A stretch of DNA of 64,000 bases, taken from positions 113,591 to 177,590 of the forward strand of contig DF237089.1 in NCBI GenBank assembly GCA_000708835.1, given 5' to 3'. This document shows positions 1 through 11,000 of the stretch, one piece after another (within the stretch, counting starts at the first letter, position 1; every line of letters begins with the position of its first letter). The notes beneath the pieces were generated by a model. The model made no database searches, was not told the origin of the DNA, and saw nothing but the letters and a program-made list of their open reading frames with translations. The stretch comes from Klebsormidium nitens (taxonomy: Eukaryota; Plantae; Klebsormidiophyceae). The position numbers were made by a program, and so were the translations under genes.

Positions 1-220
1 GAATCAACGAGTCGTTTGTATGATTGATATACACCGACTCTGACGCGAAGCCAAATGCCTTCTTGAATACCTTCTAATCTGGTCAAACGCGAGGTATGTT
101 GGGAACAACAAAAATTTGACCATGAACATCGTTAAGCGCTCTAGGCCGTCAATCACGTGAGCGCTGCTCCACTCTTGACGCCTCAATGACCTTTGATCAG
201 GATACTTCTCCTACTTGCAG

Positions 221-1077
221 GTTGGTGGAGGCCGGAGCCTGGAAGAGCGGAAGGCCTCCGAGCTTCCCGGCCCTGGGGAGTACGTCACCGTGTCTGCTGT
301 GGGGCCTCAGGTGGAGTCCTCCCGGCCGTCTAAACCGGCCTTCCCCTTCGGCAGCGCGGGCCGGAACAGCGGAACTGGAAAGACCGCGGCTCCCGGCCCG
401 GGCGCTTATAAGAACGAGAAATCCGGGTTTGGGGCCCAGCTGACGTCGCCCAAGCGGAGCATGCCCGCCGTGTCCTTCACGAGCGCGAGCAGGTTTCCCA
501 GGTGGGTTGACGGCTACCTGTGGCGGTTAAGGATGACTCGAGATTCGTTCTGCTCTGGGTTCAGATTTCCGGGAGACTTGCAGGATATAGAGGAACCAAA
601 AAACGTTTCTGCGGAGAAGCGCCGAATGACTTTACAAAATCTGCACAGTTTCAAAGCCTTGGACTTTATCGGCCCACAGCGAAAGATTGTTTGAAGTGCC
701 CCGCATACGAAAATGTCTGTCATTGAAATCCCTCTTTGATTGAGAGTAAACGAATTTTCATGATGTTGTTAAGGGAAGCCACCTGAAGAATCAGATATTT
801 TGAGGAACAAAGTGAAGACCTCTGGGTCATGCCTGCTTCTGCCAGAGGTCCAAAAAGAGGCTGTCGATCTTCAACCATCCATTTGTTTCTCTGCTCTCAA
901 GCCTTCGTGGTTTGCGTATGAGATTTTCAATTAGTACGAGGATGTCAATCAGGTCAAGCCAGGTTTGCTACATTGGGACGTATCAGCCGGTACGGTAGAC
1001 TGGCGACAAGAAGCTTTGCACTGCCTTGCAGGTCCGCCCTCGAGAAGACGCCTGGTCCCGGCTCCTACTGCAATTGA
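221..1077 (+). CDS. 3' exons of a PGPGxY-repeat (SHIPPO/STPG, ODF3-like) protein; 5' part lies upstream of the window
   Basis: Exons 221-501 (acceptor cttgcag, donor AG|gtggg, phase 2) and 1032-1077 (acceptor ccttgcag, stop TGA 1075-1077). They encode three PGPGxY motifs (LPGPGEY, APGPGAY, TPGPGSY) plus F(G/T)SAxR spacers typical of the SHIPPO-repeat family. Confidence 0.75.
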
Positions 1078-2062
1078 TCAAGAATACGAAGTAGGACGGA
1101 ACGGAAAAGCAAAGCGTTTTCCCGGGATAGTGGGTGGCAACTGCTGTTGAAAAGCTCTCCGGACTCGAAACGATGCACAATCTGCATGAGTGACCCAACT
1201 TTGACTTGAATACGACGTCGGGTATGCGAAGGCGCCCTTTAGGAAATCGTCAATCAAGTGCATCATCTTCGGAATCACTTCTTTAAGTGGTGTGCATGCA
1301 TTTCCGAGCTGGCAACAAATTTTGCTTTGGTCGTTAACCAAGCCACGGCGGCATTCTATATGAGCCGGACTATTTGGCAAATCGTGCCGCATCTTTCCCT
1401 CCGATCCCTTTCGAGAACGAATGATCTTAAACGTGCAGTCAGCTCGTTAGTCGTGCTGCAGAAAGTAACCTAGTCTTCAAATTAAGTTGACTTGGCATTC
1501 AAGCGTAGGTACTCCGTAAGCATTCGAAAGATAATGTGTGTAGGCCGTAATGTATCCCGTGCGCGCTTATAACGAGGCCACCCCGGTCGAGTTCACGTGT
1601 GCTACTAAATAAGCAGACAGAAAGGTGCTGGTGATGGTTACTATCCCAATTTGGAAAGGTTCTGGCCATGAAAATATAAGCGGACTCATTGCAGGCTTGC
1701 TAAAAGTGCGTGTCGGATGCGAACTCATCGAAACAAAAGTGGTGGAGCAGCGCCCTGACACATGGCGCCCGCTCACGGTAGAGAATAGAGGTGATCATGT
1801 TTCCGTAAAGAACGTGCTCCTAGTCTGCTAATAAGTGCCGCACCTTTATACCTATGTCAGTGTATTCTGTCCTACTCAACTCGTTGTATACATGTTTTTG
1901 GGATCCATCCACTGCAACAGGACGTTGCGCAGGCTCCCAGTCCTGTCATGAAAGCTTCGCTCAATAAACCGCTGTTGTTTTGCTTGAATAGCTCACACAG
2001 CTCACTACTACTTTGACTACTCTTGGGCTTCTTGCTACTTTTGACGTCGTTCAGTGCCGCTT

Positions 2063-5000
2063 CTAGCGCGCATGAGATGCGTGGGCATCAAACACGAACC
2101 CCTCCGCCTCTTCAACCGCAACGATTCTGTCGTCGGAAATTTCCGCCTTCTCGTCTTCCGGCTCCTCAAACGACACGCGTCTCTGCCGACCGCTCACCCT
2201 CCGGACATAATTCCCCCCCGGGGGCAAAGAATGATTCAGCCGCTTCCAAACCGAGTCCATCGATTCGGTAGTTTCACCCGGTTTGTTTCGGGGCGATCCT
2301 TCCTCGGGACTCGGATTTACGCCCGGCGGATGCCCAACCGCAAAATGGACAGTCCGCGACCTTCCTAAATCGCCGCTGGTTCGTTCCAGTAATCCGGCCA
2401 CGTCGCTCGTCCCCCGGGCGAGCCCCCGGGCGGGTCTTTCCCCCGGGAGCAGTTCCGCAGAGCTTCGCAAGCTTTTCAGCAGCCCCGACGCCTCGCTCTG
2501 CGCGCGCGCGGGCCCGCCGCGCGCGACCGACGACACGCTGCTCATCAGGAACGCCGACGCGCCCAGCTGTTTCGGGGGGGCACTGAGCGCGGTCTGGATG
2601 CCCCCCGGACGGAGTGAGCGGCCAAAAGCCCCGGCCGAGACGTCATTTTCGGCCCGGAGCATGGGGGAGTTCATCGGGGTGAGGGGCATCAACCCCTGCT
2701 TGCGCAGCCGGATGCGGGTCACAATCCCCCGAGCATGGGCCTGGGGAAAACAAGGTTAGGGGTAAGTTTACGTGAAACGAAGCTCCGAATTTCGAAACCG
2801 CAGCGGAATAAGCGGGTTTGTGGTTGTTCTAGTCTGCAAATTTTGGGTCTTGAAAGCTCGCAGGTGAGCTCGTTTTCAATCAATGGGCCCTTTTCTCTTT
2901 GATGTCGGTGCATACACGTGTTGTCGACAACGGGAGGGGTTGAGAAAGGCCGAATTATTCCTAGGCTCTCCTATTTGAACCCATCAGCCTTCATTTCGTG
3001 ATTAAAACAAACTTAAACGGGCAATTTGTGAGATTCCGAGTGGGTCGGACGCAACTCATGAAGACTTCACGATGATGTAAGTGCCGACTGACGTCAGCCC
3101 TCAAACATCGTCTCAAGTCCGGCCCTCACCTATAGGTCTCGATTTCATGTTGACTAGGCGTACGTTGACTAAATGAAAGCCCCCTATGGACGGGTAGGGC
3201 CTGGGGGTTAGGGTGGGTACGGGTGCGGAGCGGGTGTCATTTATCGGTTTAGGTTTTTAGGTTTGTTCGTTCCCCGAGCACTATCCTTAGTCAACATGCG
3301 CTTGGTCAACATGAAATCGAGAAGTATCCCTCACCTGGATGGTCATGGCCGCAATGGCCTTGGAGACGGACATGGTCTTCATGATCTTGGCCGGGTCATG
3401 GTTCTTCTTCTTCTCCAGCGCCTGCAGCCTTTTGGGCAGCGCGTTGAAGAACTTGCGCCGTGGGGACTGCAGCTTGTTGTGCAACAGACGGCGCAGACGC
3501 TTCTCCGCTTGGTACTGCACAGGGGAAGCACATACGCATGTTTTGAAGGCTCTTACAACCAATCCCATCCACTTGCAAGCAGGCGTATCGACTTCGCTTG
3601 ATCAGAGGAAAATCCTTCAGTCTAACGAGACATCGGAATTTATCAAAGCGGGAACCGTAAAAGGCCGCTGCACCTCTGTGAATCTTAAGGAATCTGATGG
3701 ACATTCGAGAGCGTGTGGAAAGTAGATAAAGAGAAAACAGCGCTTCGTCCAAGAGATGACTCGCTTTGAGTCGGCTCAACTTAACGACTTGAACGCCTTC
3801 TATGAAACCGAAGCACTTTCTAATATCTCTCACCCGGTATCTAAGTAGGTGGTTATCGACTTTCGCACTGGTGGAGAACGAAAAAGGGGTGCACTCACGT
3901 TCTTACAGAAATTAAAAACTGCCAGAAAGATGTTCGTGGAATCAGAAGCCAAGCAACGGTGCAGTGACTGGTCCGCAAGAAATAGTTGGCAACACCAAGG
4001 GCGCCACATCTGCGCTGTGATCTGTTCCCCGCCCGCTCACCTCGCACCACTGCGTGTTGAAAATGCTGGCCCCCAGCCTCTTGCTGTTCGCCGCCACAAA
4101 CGCGATCGTCACCAGCGAATGCAGCACCAGATCGTACGGCACCCCGCGGCTGAAGATGGGAATGTTCATTTTGCTCGCGAGCGGCAGGACCGCGCTCGGG
4201 CTCGGGCGCAGCGCGTTCTCGTCCGCGCGTTTCACCCCGAGGGGTTCCCCCAGGTCCGTCAGCAGCAGGTACAACTGCTCGGGGGTGATCCAACCGGTCG
4301 CGGTCGGGTCGTGCCGCGTCCACACCGCGTCGAACTTGCGGAGGACCACAGTGTTCACCACCCGGGAGTCCTGCGGGCGTCGGCCGAAACAAAGCTGGAT
4401 CCCAAAAAGTGCCGATCTCGCAACAGCGCGGCGAAACGGTTAAAAGTGGATTATCTGGTTCATCTGGTTCACCTGTGTTTTCCTGAAACGTTCTCTCTCG
4501 TGCAAAAACGGCTAGTATTAGACAGCAAGATGATCACCAAAGATTGTGCGATTGGTCTGAACACTCTTCGCTCAGATGTGGATATTTCTTATACGACAGA
4601 TATTTCCGGAAAAGGTTTTGCCAGGGACATGTAGCACAAGGCACGAACCTTGACCGCCAATCTGGCGCCAGACAACGACGATGCACGTCGAATAGACAGC
4701 GGGTTTGAACAGAGTGAGGGAAACAAGGAAACGGGTCGCGATCCGCGCGCGCGCACCTCGTCCTCGACCTCGCTGAAGGCCTCGATGATGATGGCGATCA
4801 CTAGGTTGAGCAGCACGAACTGGCCCAGCACCACGAACGTCACGAAGAACGGCACGGCCAGCCACGTGACGACCATGCAGTCGTGCATGATGAAGTTCCA
4901 GTTCTCGCCCGTCAGCATCTTGAACATCACCAGCAGGCTGTACGGGAACGTCGTGAAGTTGATGAGTGACGTCATGGACTCCAGCGGCCCGTCGGGCGGC

Positions 5001-8000
5001 ACGTGGCCGAAGAGCGCAACGCCGAAGATGGCGAAGATGTACAGCTGGAGCAGGAGCAGGCTGCCGACGGAGTACAGGTTGGGCAGCGCGGACACCAGCG
5101 ACTTGAGCAGCTTGTTCAACCCGTGGTGCGTCCTGCGCAGGGGGAATACAAGACGCTTTTCAGGACTGGGTTGTCAGAATTGAGCTTTCAAGGTCGAGTT
5201 TCAGGATCGATTTTCAGGACTAGGTTTGCAGATGGCTATTCAGGATTGAGTTCCAGGCTTGGGTTCTCAGGATTGCGTTTCCAGGGGTGGGTTTTCAAAA
5301 GCTTGAGCAGGTGGTCGGACTCTGTGGCCTTTTCTTGAGGTTCTTAGGTCTCTTGAGGTTCTTAGGTCGCTTTCTGGCCTGGGGAAGCGGCGAAGGAGTG
5401 AAAGAGGGCAGAGAGCAAAGAATCACTTGCAGAGGAAGCTCGGGTCTGAGTCCAATTGTTGTTGTGATTATACGGTCAGCTTTGAAGCCACCAAGTGTGT
5501 GTCATTCATATCTCTAATTTGATCCGTTTGCGTTAAAAGGAACACCTGCAAACAGTCTGCTTTTGCTTTGATCGGTCAAGGCGTCAAGCCTTTCGGGGTC
5601 GAGCCACTCGGCAATCCTTCAAGATGCTACTGATAAAAGGTTTCCAGCAATTCAAATGACAGCGGCGGCAGTAGTAAATGCGGGAACATCAATAGGCAGA
5701 ATTCCAGAGGGTTCACAGCGCCCGTGCCGGTTTGAAATTTTGCACAAATTGAATCGTCTCGCGGCGGCTTGCCTGGCCAGCTTGAGCATTCTGAGCACCC
5801 GGAAGCACCGCACGAGCGGCGCGCCCGGCCGCGCGCCCATGGCCTCCCCGGTGAAGGTCATGACTAGAATCACCAGGTCAAATAAGTTCCACCGGTGCTG
5901 GAAAAACTGGCGGACGCCCAACCCGAGCAGTTTCGCGGCGACCTCCGCCGAGAACACCCCCGCGAAGATCCAGCCGGAGTACCGCGCGAGCGCGCGCGTG
6001 CGCGCGCCGGGGGGCACCTCTTGCGTGCACAGGATGACCAGGTTCAGCGCAATCGCGGCCGCGAACGCGCGGTCGAAGTACGGGTGCTGGACCAGGTTGA
6101 AGAAGGACGCGCGCAGCGCGCGCGCGGGGGAGCGCTTCGCGGGCGGGCGCAGCGCGGCGTGCGAGCGCATTTTCTCGATGGCCTTTTGGGTCTCGACCCA
6201 CTCTTGCTGCATGGGGGTGAGGCCCTCGATCTCTTTGTCCTTCTTAATGTTGCCGAAGCTCTCGATGACGATACCTGCGTAGGAAGGGGCTCCAGAGATC
6301 AGGAAGCTGGGCTGACGGTGGCAAGCTGCAAAGATGGTAACGGGAAGACAGATACTCCTGCGTTGTGAGCGCTTGCCTGTACCACCAGACCCATGATTGG
6401 CAAAGCGGAAACATTTCTTGGGCGGGGAAAGATCCAAAAAAACGTCACCACAGCCACATAACAGCTGTGCTTGACATAAGCGTAATAAAAGCAAACGATT
6501 CGGGGTCGTAGTTGACTCTGAAGCAACCATTCTAAGTTCCGTTCTGCATACGAAGCGTTGTAAAGATATCCGATTGGGCTGCGTCCGCTCACCTACGAAG
6601 AGGTTGATGAGGAAGAGCGAGCCGATGGCGATGAATGCGATAAAGAAGAGCGACGCGTAGGGCCGGTAGTTGAGGATCGGCGCGTGGTCGATGGCCACGC
6701 TGTCCATTCCCGGGTACATCAGGTAGTTGGCATTCTCCGTCGTGCTCAGCTCGAAAAGAGTCAAAGCAGAAGCGCCCAGGTTGTCAAACGTGTAGGGCAC
6801 CGAATTGACCCACCTGGATCCGAGCAACGGGGAAATCAACGTTCAACCAATTTCGACTTGTCAGCTTTAGAGCTTTGTGAGTCTGTTTGCACGGATCTGG
6901 AGGGAAGTCGGATCAGCTTCTCGAAAGGAACAGGGATTGGATCTCGATCACTCGGAACAAACATCTGATGAGGACAATGAGACGGTTTTCAAAAGCCTTT
7001 AGTCATCATAAGGCAGGAGTTGGTAAGAAGAACAAGGTATCAATGGCTTACACGCTAAGATCAACACGGTGGCAACGCTTACACGCCCAAGCATATAGGA
7101 AACTGACAATCAAGATGACCGGCATGAAAACAGTCGGGATCTTCAGATGTTCTTTGAAAAGCTGAGAGCGACCCTGTCGAGATCACGACGCGAGATTGAA
7201 TGATTGAGAGGCACTCAAAATCTGGTGTGACGTCAGCGGGCTTACTCGCGCGTTTTATTGTACGCGTCCACGCCCGCGCAGTCCGCGCGCAGTTGGACGT
7301 CCGGGTCGGTGCACATGGAAAAGGCGCCGCCGAAGATCTGGACCCCCAGCGTGGCGAACACCAAAAAGATGACGGCGCCAATCATTACCACGCTCGTGCT
7401 CGCGCGGAACGCGCCCAGCAGGGCCGCGGCCACCATCTGCAGCCACGTGGAGAACCTTATCAGCCGAGGGGCGGCTTAACTGATCACCATAGCACTGCGA
7501 GACTGGAAACGCGAGGAGCTGAAGCCGTCGTTGAGGTAATTAGAAGCGGCTTGATACTAAGGAGAGGTTGCGGACCGCGAGAAAGACAGGAGAAGCTCCA
7601 CAGGATTCATTCACCAGTACAGGCCTCATTGGAGCTGCCTCAATCTTTCTTGATCTTAACTGATATCTGAAGCTTCATTACTGTGCTTGCAAAACCTCCG
7701 ACTTGCCAGGAGACAATGCTTGCAAACTATCCTTGCGTTTCATATTGCAAGGATATGTCTTTCGAGGACCCATGAGGGCCCCTCAGAGCTGAGGATTCCA
7801 GGTCCTCTTCAACAATTGAAACTTGCCCGGTGACCTCTTCTTCGGCGACCACTCACCCTGAGCCCCGGGGCGGTCTGCGCCAGCCTCAGCGCCCGGAAGA
7901 CTCGGAAGACGTGCAGCAGCGGCCACCGGTTCTTCGCCGCGACGCTGATGAGAGTGGTCAACGTACAAAGCGCGTCCAGAACGTTCCAGGGATCCCTCAG

Positions 8001-11000
8001 ATACGCACCCGGCTCAAAGAGGACGCCCAACTGCAATTTCAGCGAGGGCTTCAGAGCGGAGGATGGAGCGATTGGTAAACTCAAGCCTGGAGTGCAAATG
8101 GTCACCCTAGGAAAGGCCTTAAGAGGAGGGCAAAATTGAATCCCTAGTAAGACCGAGATGGACCTCTGAGTAGCAGCCAAACTAGGTATCTACCACCGAT
8201 TGTAGCGTGATCTACCGTGAAGCTAGCAGCAGACATAAGAGGACCGGAAGCAAAGCAAAACTTGGAGAAGCCGTCTGCACTGCAGGCTTCCGAGTGAAAG
8301 CTTTTTCGAAGACTAGATGAATGCTCCCTTTTCCTATCATATCCGCTTTCAAAGACCTAACCTTATACCTCAGCGCAGCGCCTCAGCCGTTCCTCGATTG
8401 AAAATCAATGCTGTGAGTTGCAGATCGATCTGAAGGATCCGGGGCCTCTATTTTGATGAAGCATTTGGCAGCTTGCCCCTAAAACTACCAAGAACGACCC
8501 GCCTCACCGCCGTCATCTTGAGCAGCACCTCGGTCGTGAAAAGCGCCGCAAACACAGCGTCCATCAGAACGATCGCCCTCCACTCGCGGCCGCCCTCGCG
8601 CATGGTCGGCCGGTCAGCCATCAGGATGAAAGTGCTCACAACCACGACAGCTGGCACCAGCCTCGTGAACCGCTTATCTACAATGAGCTGGTGAATCTTT
8701 ATCCGGAGGGGGTGCTGGTCCTTGAGTAGGAAGAAGGCTTTGCTCGACCCCCTGCGGAGAGGGCCCTTCTCCCTGCCACGTGTCGCCTTTCTGGCCAGGA
8801 TCGTGATGGGGTCCGAGCGCAGGTGTAAAGAAGGGATGTGGGCGAACGACAGGTGGCGCGCGAGCGACGGTTTCTTCAGCGGCCGCTGATCGATCAGACG
8901 GATCAGACTCTTCCACTGCACTTTCGGTTTCATGAGAGCGGTGATGCTCAGCCTCCGAGTCAGCCTCCGCTTCTCCGTCGCCTTTGTGTGGCCTCCCTTC
9001 GCCGGGCGGAGCATGATGTGCGGCGAAGACGCGCTCCGCTGCAGCGCGCGCGCGCCCTTCCCGTCGGCTGACGTCACCTTCGCTCCCGGCATGTGCAGTC
9101 GGGGCAGGTTGGGAACCGGCAATATTTCCATTTTTGACACTTCGCCTGACGGGGGCGGTGACACCACCTTCTGAAAGGAAACAGTGTTAAGTCCCGCTAC
9201 GAACCGAGCCGTCCGCTGCTTCCGTCCCCGAAGGCCCCTCGGAACGGCGGAACTGGGGGGATCCTCGGGAAGATCTCCCGAGCCCGATGATGACGCGGGC
9301 TCGTCTGATTGCGGCGTCACCCGAGAGGAGTTGGGGAAACTTTCGGCGTCCAGGTCAAGGGCGCTGTCAGACTGCCCCGTCAAAAGAGACGACGCAGCAC
9401 GGGGGGAGAGCGAGTCGACCCCGTTTTGCCCCTCGGTTGAAAACCCGGGCCCCCCCTTTCGCCCCTTCAAGCGGCTCCCCGCTCGCCACGTGGCGCTGAG
9501 GTCCATGGGCTTCGCCAGGTCGATGCCCAGCTTGGCGCACGCGGCGAGCGCGGCCGCCGATGACGACGTCATGCCTTCCTGCGATGACGTCATCCTTGAC
9601 TTGCGCCGCTCGTGGCCGGCCGCGAGCTGCGGCAAAGCGTTCGCGAGCGCGCTCTTGTCTTCCGGCCGGAACCGCGTGTGATTTCCTTTCCGCTCGCTTT
9701 TACCTTCTTTTATGATTCTAGCCAAGTCCCCCGGGTCAAACCGGGCGCTGGCTTGGGGGCTGATGGGAGGGGTGGCGGCCAGAGAATTCAGTCCGGTGTT
9801 TAGGGGGGTGCTTCCGGCGGAATCGAACACTTCAGGGTCGATGGGGAGGCCACGGAGCGAAGCCGACAACGGGAACGCTAGCTGCATCTCATTCTTGACT
9901 TTTGATTTCGCGTCTTTAGCCGCTGCTGACGTCGGACTTGGGGGCTCGGGTGGCGAAAGAAGGTCACGAGCCGCGTCAGCCGCGGCCGGCTTGTGCGCGC
10001 TCTGGTCGCGGATGCGCCGCAGAAACGCGCGCGGAGACAACATGGTCGCGAGGGTTTTGGGGGAGATCGGCTCGCTCACGTCGGCGCTCTTGCCGCGGAG
10101 GAGGTTGTTAGTGGAGCGCATCTTGTGCGCGCGCGCGCGAAAGCGCGCCATCTTCTGCTTGAGGGCCATGCCTGCGGGGTGACATTAGGGTAGTCGGATG
10201 AGAAACGATAAGGTAGCTTTGAGAAAAGGTCAAGGAGTTGCTTGCGACTCAACTATGTTGACGTTGACTTCTCCCTTTAAGTGAGTGAGCTATGAGCCTC
10301 TTGTACAAACTGAGACCATACGCTTTTCGTTACATTACAGAACGTGAAGGCGACGACTAAGAAGGCACGGGTTATGTGAGCTGCTTTTGTGCTTATACAA
10401 GACGAGTTTTGTGGTCAGCTTTTTAGGAGTCCTGTCTACGGCACTCATCGCGTGACCTTTCCTGTTTCCTGCAGCCAATAACCAGGAGCTTTACCAAACA
10501 GTAGGGTTATGAGTATCTGACGGTGCGACTACGGATCGCTCTGAAAACTCCCCTGTAAAAAGCCATACTTTCGGGTAGATTGTCCCCAATTCCCTCATCA
10601 TCAACCATCTGAGACAGGTTCCTGCGATGCGACATGACGTCATCCTTCAATTTAAAGCCAGCCCATGTTGAAATATTGTGCGGGCGCGCTTACCCGCGGA
10701 GAGAAACTTCTTCCGAAGCTCTCCGCTGAGGAGCTGCTCCCGCTGGGTGTTCTCCTCGAACGACTCGATAAGAATGGCCAGCAGCAGGTTCAGCAGGATC
10801 GTTCCGCCGGCCACGTGTACGAAGATGACGTAGGGCGCCGCCCACCAGCCGATGCCGCGGACCGCGGACGCAAGCACGTCGTTCCAGTTGTAGTTTGCAA
10901 TCACCTGACACGTCGAGCTTTCTAAGCTTTGAGTGCGTGGCCAGTTGTTTTAGCAGACGCTATCTTGAATCACAATGGTTTTGACTTTGTCATGGATCAG

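Noticed and set aside
3849-10182. Numerous plus-strand ORFs overlapping the channel exons
   Set aside because: Antisense or alternative-frame shadows of high-GC3 exons. The minus-strand model explains the region in phase.
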